Shown here: one piece after another, positions 1 to 13,980 of the stretch | How the letters are laid out: every line of letters starts with the position of its first letter | Numbering within the stretch: position 1 is the first letter of the stretch | Source of the DNA: Octopus sinensis | Taxonomy: Eukaryota | Assembly: GCF_006345805.1 (NCBI RefSeq) | Contig: NC_043017.1 | Span: 20,522,001-20,586,000 of the forward strand | Reading direction: 5' to 3' | Length of the DNA stretch: 64,000 nt | Translations under genes and position numbers: made by a program | Notes under the pieces: model-generated | Database searches by the model: none | What the model was told of the DNA's origin: nothing | What the model saw: only the letters and a program-made list of their open reading frames with translations

Positions 1-330
1 CACCTGCACAGCATGCTGTGTGTGTGTGTGTGTATGTGTATATATACGTATTTATGTGTATGTGTCTTTATTTGTTCCCCTCACCACCACTTGACCACTG
101 GTGTTGGTGTGTTTACAACCCCTGAAACTTAACAGTTTGGCCAATGAGACTGATAGAATAAATGCTAGGCTGAACAAAATAAGTCCTGGGGTTGATTTGT
201 TTGACTAAAACACTTTAAGGCAGTGCTCCAGCATGGCTGCAGCCAAATGACTGAAATAAGTGAAAGAATAAAAGAAAGATTCTGTACAGTGATTCGTGTC
301 TTTGGCAAAAGACACATTTGGCATTTCAAC

Positions 331-516
331 CAGGGCTGTGGAGCTGAAAAAAATTCTTCAACGCGGACTCCTCTACTTTTGTCACTTCTGACTCCGATTC
401 CAACTCCTCTATATAATTAAGTGATTGTGGTCTATTTTATCAACTCCGACTCCAGCTACCTCTTAACTGTTTCCGACAACATGACTCCGACTCCATGACT
501 CCGACTTCACAACTTT
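331..516. mobile_element. Decayed hAT-like MITE with GACTCC-rich ends
   Basis: Starts CAGGGCTGTGGAG; ends with repeated GACTCC units and CTTCACAACTTT, a C>T-decayed inverted terminus. Confidence 0.5.
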
Positions 517-1147
517 AACTCCATGGCTCTGGTTTCAGCAACACATCTTAGTATGCCTTGTGGCAAAACAAGAAATTCTTTGATAATGGTTCCAGGGTTT
601 GGTAAAAGGTTAGTAATTTTGAGGGAAGTTGTCGGGTGGTGGGAGCAGATCGATTACATTGACCCCAATACATGACTGTTACTTTAATTCATCAACCCCA
701 AAAAGGTTGAAACGCAAAGTCGGCTTTGGTGGAATTTGAACCCGGATTATAAGGATCTACAAGAAATGCTGCAATGTACTTTATCTTGATGTGTTAAACC
801 ATGTGTGTCTGTGTATGTCCATGCATGCATATGTGTGAATGTGTTTGTGTGTGTGTACGTGTGTGAGAATATGTGTAGTTGTGCGGCTCCTGTGGGTGTA
901 TGCGTATGCACCTTTCTGCTTCTTTGAGTGTAACACATAAAACAAGTCTAATTAAACGATTTTGTCATTAAACGATCAGGTCTATTTCTTCACTCTGACA
1001 ACAAAACATTTCATACCCCCGCCCCCGCCGTCCCATTTACCACCACCACCACCACCACCACCGCCACTGTTATGTTCATTCTTAATTGGGGTATGAAAGC
1101 TCATAAAGTTGGCCCACTATCTAAGAGATACTTATGCATGCACACGT

Positions 1148-1185
<38 letters not shown>

Positions 1186-1463
1186 TATATATATGCAGAT
1201 ATATGTATGTGGGCAGAACTGGGAGCTATTAAAGCCCCTCTCCTATTTTTTCCCTTCATAAGTACTATTAGCAAGCTATATATATACATACATACATATA
1301 TATATATATATAAACATTTTTATATATACACAAATATATATATAATACATATATACACACCCACATGCACATACACATATATATAAATACACACTCATAT
1401 ACAGATATATAGATATATATAATATATATATATATATACAAATACACAGATATACATACATAA

Positions 1464-1533
<70 letters not shown>

Positions 1534-1581
1534 CACACAGATATATAATATAATAATACATATACATAGACATACATAACA

Positions 1582-1628
<47 letters not shown>

Positions 1629-1667
1629 ATGCATACATATATATATTCTATACACACACACACATAA

Positions 1668-1706
<39 letters not shown>

Positions 1707-2225
1707 CCATATATATATTTTATATACATATATCTATATATATATATATAATATATCATATGTATGAAATGAAAGCGGAGCTACGCATACAATGTACAGA
1801 AGACAGGATCAACGCACTGTTGTCGGCCGGATGTGGGAGGAGAATGTTATCACCCGATATGAAAGAGAAAAGAAGAGAAATAACCCTGTGTCCATCTCCG
1901 TCTCACTGACCAACTGGGACGAATAGTGGAGAGGGCGGGGAGGGGGGGCGGAGGTGGAAGAGGAGTGCATAATCAATATTCTTTCGTGCACACACATACA
2001 CACACACACAAATAGCTATAGACATACTCACACAAGTACACACACCCCCTCGTACGGATATACACACACAACTGATAAATAACCAATAATTTCTCTCTGT
2101 CGGGGGTTTATATGTTTGTGTTTCTCTATGGCAATAAATAGGTAAAGGAAAAAAAGGGGACGCAAAGAAACACAAAAAAAAATGGGTCCTTTTTCCCATA
2201 AAATAATATATATATATACATGCAC

Positions 2226-2272
<47 letters not shown>

Positions 2273-3159
2273 CTGTGTGTGTGTGCATGTATATATATAT
2301 ATATATATATATACACGAAAGGTTTGTATATATATATTTCTGACATTTAGCACCAAAACACATATTTAGAAGGGTGCAGGGCAAGCCCATAATTGCGGAT
2401 GAAATTGACCGAAGTACAAGAAGGGTATATTATTTCATCATCCCCCTTAAAGGATGAAAGGCATATCTGGCAGTGGTTGGATTTGAACTCCTGACATTCA
2501 GGGTGTGACAATATATTACAAGGCAATTTTGTTTGACGTTCTAACGAATGTGCCAGTGATATTATATGGTCAAAACTTAATATTGCATGACAAGTTGGTA
2601 GTTTTTAAGAGGGGTTTTTTCTGTGGGTTTTCTGCTTGTTTTTTAGGTGTATATATACGTATGTTCATTTTTTTTGTATGTGGATGCGTATTTTTGTATG
2701 TAGATGTGTGTGTTTTATGTTTTTTCGGAGACAAATATCAATACATACATATGGATGTTTATGTATATACACACAACCATTAATAAAGACATGTGTGTGT
2801 GTAGACATATGTATACGCAGATATCTTGTAAACAGTACTTATGAAAGGACAAAACGGAAGAGGTAAGCTTCAATAGCTTACAGTTCTGCTTATATATATT
2901 TGCATAAGAAAACACACACTTAAAACACACACACATACACATACACACTCACCAACATGCACTTATACACACATTCGTTTTACCTCCTTTTTTCCATGCA
3001 AGCATGGGTTAGACAAGTAACATATAAGTTTACACTTATGCTCTGTCGATATCTTCACCTTCTTACTTGTTTTGGTACATGAATTGAATTGAACTGAACT
3101 AGCAGTTCAGCAAAAGAGACCTAGAAAGTAAGTACCAGGCTTTAAAATATTAAATGTGT

Positions 3160-3428
3160 ACTGGGAGCCACCTGTGCCGGTGGCATGTGTAAAAAGATTC
3201 GAGTGAAGTCGTTGCCAGTACTGCCTGACTGGCCCCTGTGCCGGTGGCACATAAAAAGCACCCACTACACTCTCGGAGTGGTTGGCGTTAGGAAGGGCAT
3301 CCAGCTTTAGAAACTCTGCCAGATCAAGATTGGAGCCTGGTGCAGCCATCTGGTTCGCCAGCCCTCAGTGAAAATCGTCCAACCCATGCTAGCATGGAAA
3401 GCGGACGTTAAATGATGATGATGATGAA
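3160..3428 (+). mobile_element. SINE family C ((GAT)n tail), 3' part; others at 19690-20175, 28880-29070(-), 34240-34450(-), 44310-44480(-), 52490-52857
   Basis: GGCGTTAGGAAGGGCATCCAGC...CCCATGCTAGCATGGAAAGCGGACGTTAAATGATGATG. Confidence 0.85.
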
Positions 3429-3659
3429 CTAGTTTCAGCTCATGAGATGTGGACTTGCTAGGGCACACACACATGGTGGATTCTCTCGTTATGAACAACA
3501 GATGAGGGTTCAGTAAAATAAAGCGTTAATCATGTCCTATGGACAGGAATGTGCCTCTTGAGGCCTGTTGGCGCCTTGCAAACCATTTTGCAAATGGAAC
3601 AAGTTGAAGACTCAGTTTGCTTGAGTGCTTGTGAATTATTTACTATGTGTTTTCTTTAG

Positions 3660-3708
3660 TGGATGGCAAGGCTGGCTTTGCTTTGTGCCACAAAAACCAC
3701 AGCAACAG
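3660..3708 (+). other. Candidate 49-bp exon (coding or lncRNA)
   Basis: tgtgttttctttag|TGGATG...CAACAG|gtaagg; canonical strong splice signals in unique sequence; all three frames open. Confidence 0.4.
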
Positions 3709-5249
3709 GTAAGGTTTCCATTTAGAGGAGCAGCATAATGCCAGTGTGCCTCCATGCTCACATGAAGTTGGTCCCAATATCGGAGGGGGAGAGAGAGAGA
3801 GAGAGCAAGAGATGTGCATGCTTATTATATATCTTGATCTGTGCATCAAATTTACTGGGAGTCTGGAAAACAGCAAGTATGGTCTAAAGGGGCCTGTCCT
3901 GAGTCTGTGGATGCTGGGCAAGAGATCATAACTATCAAGGGCATATAAGGCCCTTCCTTGGTATTATTTTATGGCAGTCCTAAATAAAAAAAAAAAAACT
4001 GGCTGCCTCACACACCCTCTCTCTCTCTCACCTCTTACCTACTCTCTATCTCTTTCTCACCACCATCTTATCCTCTCACTTTGTTTTCAAAGATCAATAT
4101 TATTCAGGATGTTGAATGGGTGATATTTCATTTGAATCGTTGTCATTTCCATCTGGTTAAAATATATAAATTCCCAACAATTTCTCACTTCACTAAATAT
4201 ATACATATGCTACATACATAGATACATACATATATACATACATATATATATATATATTATATATATATATATATTATAATATATAATATATATATATATA
4301 ATATATATATATAATATAATAATATAATATAATATAATGTAATATAATGTAATATAATAATAGTAGGGAATATAATTCCAAACTTAGAGGGAAAACTTCA
4401 ATTAGCAATTCTAAATCAAATTTCACAATATATATATGTATATAATTTAGAGAAAAACTCTATTAAGCTATTCAATTGTGAAAGACGTTATTCATACCAT
4501 ATATACATATATACATATATATACATATTATTTTATGGCAAAAAGGCCCCATTTTTTCCCCTTCTTCGTGTCTCCTTTTTTTCCCTTTCTCTTTTTATTG
4601 CCATCAAGAAACACAAACATTTAAGCCCGACATAAGAGTGATGAGCTTCTTTCAGTTTCTGTCAATCAAATTCACTCACAATGTTTTTGGTCTACCTGGA
4701 GCTATAGTGGAAGACACCTGCCGAAGGTGCCATGCAGTGGGACTGAACCCTAAACCTTGTAGCTGGAAGTAAACTCCTGAACCACAAACCCGTGCCTGTG
4801 CCTATAATTCTAGTGATCCCTAAAGAATAGAGGATGACTGGAAATATATAGATTAGTTCTATAAATCCATTCTCATTTTATATGCTTTTTAGGAATAGTC
4901 GATTGACCGCAGTACCCACCTGGGGCTCTGTCTTATTGAGCCTGAAAATTGTAGTATACAACTGATGAGGGAATCATCTATGTAGTTGCTTGATCTGCTA
5001 TGAATAATAGCAGCCAAATATTTTTCAAATAATCAAAAAAAAAATCAGAAACCAACACAACACCCATGACTTTCAGAAACATTTTTTCAAGCTCAGAATA
5101 AACTACCAGCATCAGTTGTTAGCTGTTGGGATACTAAATCCTTCAAAGCTGCCAGGCTTCCCAAAATTTGCCAACAGTACACCTGATGTTTCCCAGTTCC
5201 TTTTTTTTAATGATTCATTCACTTTTTTTTTTGTCTTGCAAGTACTTGG

Positions 5250-5958
5250 TGGCCTTGTCAGAGTAGGTGGCACTTAAAAGCACCCAGACCACACTGTAAA
5301 GTGGTTGATGTTAGGAAGGGCATCTGGCTGTAAAAACCTTGCCAAATCTGACCTTGCCTGTGCTTGTGCTGCATAAAAAGCACTCAGTCCACTCTGATGG
5401 GTGGTTGATGTTAGGAAGGGCATCCAACTGTAAAAACCTTGCCAAAACTGACCTCGCCTGTGCTTGCGCTGCATAAAAAGTACTAAGTCCATTCTGCTGA
5501 GCGGTCGGTGTTAGGAAGGGCATTCAGCTGTAAAAACCTTGCCAAAACTGACCTCACCTGTGCTTGTGCCACATAAAAAGCACTCAGTCCACTCTGATGG
5601 GTGGTTGATGTTAGGAAGGGCATCTAGCTGTAAAAACCTTGCCAAAACTGACCTCACCTGTGCTTGTGCCACATAAAAAGCACTCAGTCCACTCTGATGG
5701 GTGGTTGATGTTAGGAAGGGCATCCAACTGTAAAAACCTTGCCAAAACTGACCTCGCCTGTGCTTGCGCTGCATAAAATGTACTAAGTCCATTCTGATGA
5801 GTGGTCGGTGTTAGGAAGGGCATTCAGCTGTAAAAATCTAGCCAAAACAGTCACATAAGTCTGGTGCAGACTTCTGCCTGGCTGGCTCTTGTGAAACCTT
5901 CCCACCCATGCCATCATGGAAGGCAGACATTAAACGATGATGATGATGATGATGATGA
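5250..5958 (+). mobile_element. SINE family C with six internal 100-bp tandem units
   Basis: GTTAGGAAGGG recurs at 5310, 5410, 5510, 5610, 5710 and 5810; the element ends in (GAT)n at about 5935-5958. Confidence 0.9.
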
Positions 5959-7028
5959 TTTATTCACTGTTCACTTCCTGTGCATTATTCTATGTCCTGT
6001 TCATGTGCTTTTGGCTACTTTTTCTGATGAGCACTGGATATCATAAACCCATTATTATATCATATAAACCCCAACTGGCTTAGCTAATCATTTCACATTT
6101 TGGCACAAGGCCATGTTCTATTTTCTTTTCTTTATGGTGCAGGGGCTAGTCGAATACATGGACCCCAGTATTTGATTAGTACTGTATTTTAACAGCACTG
6201 AAGGGACAAAAGGCAAAGTTGACCCAAGTGGGATTTGAACTCAGAATGTAACGGGCCAGAAGAAGAAGTATTGCTAAGTATTTTTAGTCCAATGTGCCAA
6301 CCTGCCAACCTTACAAACTGGCTTAGATAATGGTAGAATGTATTTGATGCTGCTGCCCTTCATTCATAGTTGCAAGAAAGAGAGAAGTAAGGTTTTCGAG
6401 ATCTTAGCTGGAACGCCTTTGATTATAGGTTGGTACATTAGTGTCAATTTTGACCTTGGGTTAAACAACAGTAACAACAAAAACATCAACAAAAATAACA
6501 ACAACAAAAAGAGATAAAACTAAGATGAGTTTTGCATGTCAATCAATAATCAATGCCAAAAAAAAAAAAAACCCCAAAATTCTGTCAATATTCTGCAGAA
6601 TCTCAACCGAGACCAATTCCTTTATCTGTTTCTCTATAAACTATAGATCTTTTTGCATTGATTAGCAGGGATTCTGTTTGTTAATTCTGTTAAAGTAGAG
6701 ACAGAAAACTTGCTGTTTGTATTTTTCAACCAGAAGAAACCCGACATGGAAGAAACAGATTTTTGGCTTCTTCTGCTTCTCTTGGACAATTCAAAAGAAA
6801 CTGCGGATAAAAGACCAACAGCTGTACAGTGTTCCAGCAAATGGAGACTTCTTGGAAACTTAATATGGTTTATTTTGTAAGATTCTAACAAATCAATTTG
6901 TCATCATTGATTTGTGCAACGCTCTAACATAAACACACGTACACAAATAGGCATGGCTGTGTGGTTAAGAAACTTGTTTTGCAACTTTACAGCCTTGTGG
7001 CTTCAGGTTCAGTCCCACTGCACAGCAC

Positions 7029-7451
7029 ATACTCTTTTACTCTCTCTTTTTACTCTTTCCCTTGTTTCAGTCATTTGACTGCGGCCATGCTGGAGCACCG
7101 CCTTTAGTCGAGCAAATCGACCCCGGGACTTATTCTTTGTAAGCCCAGTACTTATTCTATCGGTCTCTCTTTGCCGAACCGTTAAGTGACGGGGACGTAA
7201 ACACACCAGCATCGGTTGTCAAGCAATGCTAGGGGGACGAACACAGACACACAAACACACACACACATACATACATATATATACATATATACGACAGGCT
7301 TCTATCAGTTTCCGTCTACCAAATCCACTCACAAGGCATTGGTCGGCCCGGGGCTATAGCAGAAGACACTTGCCCAAGGTGCCATGCAGTGGGACTGAAC
7401 CCAGAACCATGTGGCTGGTTAGCAAGCTCCTTACCACACAGCCACTCCTGC
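7029..7451 (-). mobile_element. SINE family A (tRNA-derived head, internal CA/TA microsatellite), full length
   Basis: Minus strand starts GCAGGAGTGGCTGTGTGGTAAG...GGTTCTGGGTTCAGTCCC (B-box-like) and ends GAAACAAG..AAAAGAG; near-identical to copies at 26.1, 29.1, 35.8 and 59.3 kb. Confidence 0.9.
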
Positions 7452-8210
7452 ATAGAGCAAATGTCTTCTATAGCCTTGAAGCTAACCAATGCTCTGTGAG
7501 TGAATTTGGAAGATGGTAAGTATGAGAAGTATGAGAAAGCCCATTATATTTGTACATATGTGTTTCTGTTGTGTTTGTGCTCCACTGCTGCTTGACAACA
7601 GTTGTTGGTTTGTTCACATCCCCCTAACTTTATCAATTCCCTTGTTCAAAAATATAAGGACACAGATCGTGTCGTATAGCCAGCTGGAGACGATGTCTCC
7701 TGGGGCTAAATTACAGCAACATTCATCTTAAACCAGGACTGCCATGTTATGTTGGCAAACAATCTTTATTCTAATCAGGAATTACCTTGTAACTGAGATG
7801 TCGATGATGTGATTGTTTATTTTCATAACGACATTTTAGGGTAGGTGTGAGAGGTGAGATCTGGCCAGTATGGAGATAAAACAGGGCTGAATATTTTGGC
7901 TGGTTTGAATGCAAAATTGTTAGACTGCTACCAACTGTCTCTGAGAACGGTGAATCTATTGACGTTTAAGTATGGTGCTTGAACCAGAAAAATAAATCTA
8001 GCCATTTGTCAGTTGTAATATCTGGATCTGGGTTAATGATGTACAAACAGTGATTATTGTGAAGCTCGTTAGTGGAGTGACATTAAAAACAATAACCACA
8101 ACAGCAACAAGAGTTACTGTAGGAATAACCGTGACAATATCTACTTCAACAACAACAATTATGATAACGTGAATAATAATAATAATAATAATAAAATGAT
8201 AATGATAATA

Positions 8211-8267
<57 letters not shown>

Positions 8268-8486
8268 GCAGTAACAACACATTCAGCAAATGACAACAAT
8301 GTGATAAACAAGAACAAGAAGAGAATTGAAAGAATAACAACAAAAATGACAGCCAACAACCCTAGATATCTTTAAATCAACAGGGTTGGTCATGGCTGGA
8401 AGGCTTATTGACATAACTTTTGTAAATCAGAGTTAAACTGAAGTTACACAACAACAAAATTAAGTAATAGGCTAAAACAAGAATTG

Positions 8487-8558
<72 letters not shown>

Positions 8559-8688
8559 CAATATATATATATATATTTATATATATACATTTACATATAC
8601 ATACAGATATATACATGCATATGTAGATATATATATACATATATATAAGTGTGTGTATGTGGTATGAAGTTCCATGTTATACATACAT

Positions 8689-8730
<42 letters not shown>

Positions 8731-9171
8731 AAGCATACGTGTGTGTGTGTGTGTGTATGAAGTAATACATTTCGTATTCCCAACATGTTTCAGAAGAAGA
8801 AACGATGAAGATCTTTGGAACATTGATGGATTTGGTAGCTTGTCTGTTACAAGAACATGAAATAGGAAGGAAAAAAAATGAAAGAAAGAAGGTTTTTTAA
8901 ATCTCTTAAAAAAAATTGTGAAAAACAGGAAAAAAAAAAAATGTACTTATCCAGAGTGTACAGACATACATACATAACGCTGAGTGAATGAGAGTATATA
9001 TGCATATATACATCAGTCTCTGTATGTATGTATATATATATATTTATATATATGTATGTGTGTGTGTGTATATACATATATATATATATACATACACAGA
9101 CATATATACATATATCATCATCATCATCATCATTTAGCGTCGCTTTTCTGTGCTAGCATGGGTTGGACGGT

Positions 9172-9221
<50 letters not shown>

Positions 9222-9443
9222 TATATATATGTATATACATGTATACATGTAAGTATATATGTATGTATACATGTATATACATACATACATACATACATAC
9301 ACACTCACACATGTACACACAAACACATGCACACAACAGCAACAACAACAACAACCTCTGCCTCCCAAGGTCCCCCTCCTCTGCTCACACTCACCCTGTC
9401 ATTGCATATTGCATCACAACATGGTTGTAGAACACCTAACAAT

Positions 9444-9505
<62 letters not shown>

Positions 9506-9508
9506 GAC

Positions 9509-9540
<32 letters not shown>

Positions 9541-9758
9541 CAGTAATGTCTGTGAATTGTCTTTGGCCTTGCTTAGTGCCATGATAAATTCATGCTCGGA
9601 TGTCAGAGTCAGCATGTCAGCCATGTCAAAATGGTAAACCATTTTTCCCTCTAGAAATGCTGCAACTCATGATATAGATGGCAATGTGTGTGTGTTTGTA
9701 TATGAATATATGTGCATTAATGTGGTTATAATAATATATTTATGTACATATATATATA

Positions 9759-9794
<36 letters not shown>

Positions 9795-9809
9795 ATAATA
9801 TATATATAT

Positions 9810-9811
<2 letters not shown>

Positions 9812-9843
<32 letters not shown>

Positions 9844-9896
9844 AAGATAGATAGATATATAGATAGAAAAGAGATAGATTAAAGATAATAGATATT

Positions 9897-9939
<43 letters not shown>

Positions 9940-10045
9940 TAGATAGATAGATAGAAAAGATATAGATAAAGATAGATAGATAGATAGATAAATAAATATA
10001 GATAGATAAAGATAGATAGATAGATAGATAGAAAAATAGATAGAT

Positions 10046-10081
<36 letters not shown>

Positions 10082-10105
10082 ATATAGATAGATAGATAGA
10101 TATAC
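9812..10105. repeat. (GATA)n array; others at 22540-22720 and (TCTA)n at 59068-59235
   Basis: Direct reading of the sequence. Confidence 0.95.
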
Positions 10106-11435
10106 AAAGCACAACTCTATCTTCTGCAGTTACACAAAATCCTAATGGCTGCCTAATACCAAGCATGTAAATTTGCAGTGATATTATTTGTATCATCTGA
10201 GACTGATGCATGTCAAGATGTTTTTAAGATATCCAAATCATCGACAGCTGGCATGATTTCCTTGGAACAACCACAAACTCCTTGTGTCTGGATCTAATGC
10301 TTGCTTCTCCATTTACGTATTTTTTGTTCCATATTTGGCTCTTTTTCTCCCTTTTTTCTTTCCATTAGATTTTACAGACAGTCGAACATTTGCTGGTTTC
10401 TTTCATTGTGGCTGCTGTTGTTGTTGCTGTTATTTTAGCCCCAGGCTGGTTCTAATCAAGTGGATCAATGATCAAAAACGTTTTAGTCATGAATCTACCA
10501 AGTTTTTCTTACATTTTTTTCTCTTTACCAGCACTGTGTATCTAAGAGTAATATGTCAAACGTGTCTTATGTTTTCCTTTCTTTTTATGGAGGAATGGCT
10601 CTGGCTGTGTGGTTAAAGTGCTTGCTTTGAAACCACATGGTTTCAGGTTCAGTCCCACTGCACACTACCTTGGCCAAACGTCTTTCGCTATATCCCTTGC
10701 CTATTGTGTGTCTGTGTTTGTCCATCCACCACAGCTTGACAACTAATATTGGTTTGTTTATATCCCTGTAACTTAGTGGTTTGGCAAAAAGAGACTGATA
10801 TAATTAGTACCAGGCTTAAATAAATAGGTGTGGGCACAGTTGTGCGGTTAAGAACTTTTCTTCCCAACCACATGGTTCCAGGTTCAGTCCCACTGCATGG
10901 CACTTTGAGCCAGTGTCTTCTACTATAGCCCTGGGTCAACCAAAGCCTTGTGAGTAGATTTGGTAAACAGAAATTGAAAGAAGCTTGTTATATATGTATA
11001 TATATGTATGTGTGTGTGTATATATGTGTATGTGTGTGCCCCTACTTGTCTTGATCTTATGGTGCTAAGCCATCATCATCATTATACACACAATGAACCA
11101 ATGTTCTTAGTTTCCAATCTTCCGTAAAAACATGTCTGGTCATGGGGAAATATTATCTCCCTTGGAAGCAGGTGAGGATTGGTGACAGGGAGAGCATCCA
11201 ACCGTAGAAAATTTGTCTCAGTAAATTCCATCTGATCCATGTAAGCTTCGAAAAGGGGACATTAATGATAATGATGATGGTGATGAAGATGGAATAAATA
11301 AGTAATTAAATGGAAAGGTAGATCAAAGAAGATCAAACATGGTACGGTTGTTTATGCTTCATGCGGCTACAGGAATTGTCACTAGCATCACTCAGCTTAG
11401 ATCCAACATTCTTTACATCCCTTGGAGCTTCTCTA

Positions 11436-11468
<33 letters not shown>

Positions 11469-12309
11469 GTACATGTGTGTGTGTACATGTGTGTGTGTGT
11501 GTGTTCATGTGCATGTGTGATCTGCAATAATGACTCAAAGACAGGCTGTTCTGCTATCATTTCTTTTCAGAGAGGAGGAGGAGGAGGAGGAGGAGGAGGA
11601 GGAGAAGAAGAAGAAGAAGAAGAAGAAGAAGACAGAGAAGAGGAAAGAGAAGAAGAAGAAGAAAAAGAAAGAGAAGAAAAAGAAGAAGAATGAGAAGAAG
11701 AAGAAGAAGATGAACAGGAAGAAGATGCAGATGATGAAGGGATGGGGAAGTAACAGAAGACACGAATGATCATGATTTAAGAAGAAAAAAAGAAGAAAGT
11801 AAATTTAAAAAATAGACGTGAGAAAAGGAAAAACTTTGTAAGAAAAAGGAAGTTAGAGAAAAATAAATTAAGTTGGCATAAAAAAAAAATCGTATGAATA
11901 AAAAAAAAGATGAAAATGACAAAAAAAAAAGGAAAGGAATGAGAGACAAAGAATGCCTTTAGTCGAAACTTTAAGTCTCAGAGATTTGAATCTTGATAGA
12001 AAGAAGAAGGAAAGGTCTGCCAGGAAGAAAAGAATTATAACTGGATGTCAATGCAGAAGATAAAACGGTCAATGTCATTTTCAAATATGTATGTATATAT
12101 ATATATATATATGAATATCTTAAACTAGCTTATTTTTTCTTTGTGTCCCTCTCTGTCGTCTGTCTGTCTGTCAGTCTCTTGTTCCTTGGTGGTGGTGGTG
12201 GTGCAAGTGTATGATGCATGTGTATGTATGTGTATGTTAATGTGTGTAACTGACCGATTAAGTATGAATATTTGAGTGTTAGAGCATATGTATGTGTGTG
12301 TGTTGTTCA

Positions 12310-12344
<35 letters not shown>

Positions 12345-12563
12345 ATAAAATATTAGGGAATAAATCCAAACTTACAGGGAAAAATCAGATTTAGGATTAA
12401 ATCCAATTTTATTGTAAAATATAATATTATATTAAATTAGAGATAAAACCACTATTAGGCAAATCAAACAATGAAAAACATAAGCCAATACATAAAATTA
12501 ATTAATTTATATTATTTTAAATATATATCAAAAGTATTAAAAGTTTAATAAAAGATAAAGAGT

Positions 12564-12640
12564 AAAACACTACGATCGTTTCATGGCTGTCCAATTCGTA
12601 ATAATTCGAGTTATGGTTACAGTCAATCTTCAGGTAATTG
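12564..12640 (-). ncRNA. Minimal hammerhead ribozyme motif (ACGATCGT palindrome)
   Basis: Minus strand: attac CTGAAGA ttgaCTGT...ACAGccat GAAA CGATCG TA gtgtt. Helix II is long and imperfect; helix I is short. Confidence 0.62.
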
Positions 12641-12735
12641 AAATATTTATCGTAGCGAGGTTTAGCAATGAACTATATATATATATGAAAAAACAAGTCA
12701 AGATAGAAAATGCTAAAATAATTTTATAAAGAACA

Positions 12736-12778
12736 TTTCAGTACCGGTTTCAGTCATTTGATACCTTTTCAACTGTAA
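12736..12778 (-). ncRNA. Second copy of the U3:A8 hammerhead motif
   Basis: Reverse complement reads ttacag TTGAAAA ggt atcaaatg act GAAA ccgg TA ctgaaa; the base of helix II is G-U instead of G-C. Confidence 0.6.
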
Positions 12779-12929
12779 CAATTAAATAATTAAGTTTAGA
12801 AAAATTAAAAGAAAAGTTTTTTTTTAAAGAATATTTGTATAGTGTTCAAATATAAGTGGCATTTTCCTTGTTTCTGCCTTTCTCTGTCTCTCTTGTTTAC
12901 TCTTGTGGGTTCAAGGTCCATGTGGACCT

Positions 12930-12968
<39 letters not shown>

Positions 12969-13374
12969 GTACACGTGCGCGCACACACATGCACATGTAC
13001 ACGCATATCTTTTTAGCCTTTATCTTTTACTTGTTTTAGTCGTTAGACTGTGGCCAAGCTGGGGCACCATGTCGAGGAATTTTTAGTCGAATGGACTGAC
13101 CCTGGGACTTATTGTTTTTTAGCCTGGTACATATTCTATGATTAAGTTACAGGATGTAAACACACCAACACCAGTTGTCAAGTGCGGGTGAGGGCAAACA
13201 CAGATTTCAAGATACACACACACATATGATGAGCTTCTTTCAGTTTCGGTCTACCGAATCCACTCAATATTTTGGTTGGCCCGAGGTTATAGAAGACACT
13301 TGACTAGGGACTGAATTCAGAAGCATGTGGTTAGAAGAGTGTATATGTGTGTGTATGTGCTTTTGTCATTATCA

Positions 13375-13790
13375 AGAGGGTGCTGGTGGGGAGCTGGCAG
13401 AAACGTTAGCGCACCGGGTGAAATGCTTAGCGGTATTTCGTCTGTCTTTACGTTTTGAGTTCAAATTCTGCCGAGGTCAACTTTGCCTTTCATCCTTTCA
13501 GGGTCAATAAATTAAGTACCAGTTGCGTACTGTGGTCGATCTAATTGACTGGCCTGCTCCTTAAAAATTTCAGGCCTTGTGCCTAGAGTAAAAAAAAAAT
13601 GTTAGCATGCCTGGGCGAAATGTATTTTGTCTGTCTTTATGTTCTGATTTCAAATTCCGCCAAGGTCAAACTTTGCCTTTCATACTTTCGGGGTCAATAA
13701 ATTAAGTACCAGTTGCGTACTGTGGTGGATCTAATCAACTGGCCAGCTCCCCAACAATTTCGGGCCTTGTGCCTTGAGTAGAAAAGAATA
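13375..13790 (+). mobile_element. Two tandem family B SINEs
   Basis: TTTCGGGGTCAATAAATTAAGTACCAGTTGCGTACTGTGG repeated at about 13.50 and 13.69 kb. Confidence 0.8.
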
Positions 13791-13980
13791 TCATGAGGGT
13801 AACATAAAGGTGTGTATGTGTGTGTGCATATCATATATATATATATATATATATTATGCAAAGACATATATATATAAGGGAGACAGAGAAAGGCAGAATG
13901 CCACTTATATTTGAACACTATACAAATATTCCTTTAAAAAAACTTTTCTTTTAATTTTTCTAAATTTAATTATTTAATCG

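Noticed and set aside
5274-5823. Repetitive ORFs in the 100-bp array, and a possible CRISPR-like appearance
   Set aside because: Whole units are repeated with no unique spacers, the array lies inside a SINE, and the context is eukaryotic with no cas genes.
6734-6880. KRPTAVQCSSKWRLL in an alternative frame, resembling a Myb/SANT helix
   Set aside because: Only a short motif, without the rest of the domain; likely chance.
10105-10560. Unique island with short open frames on both strands
   Set aside because: Stops in all frames and no consistent splice pair; cannot support a coding call.
11935-11982. GTC GAAA CTTTAAG TC resembling a hammerhead 3' half
   Set aside because: No CUGANGA or covariant core upstream.
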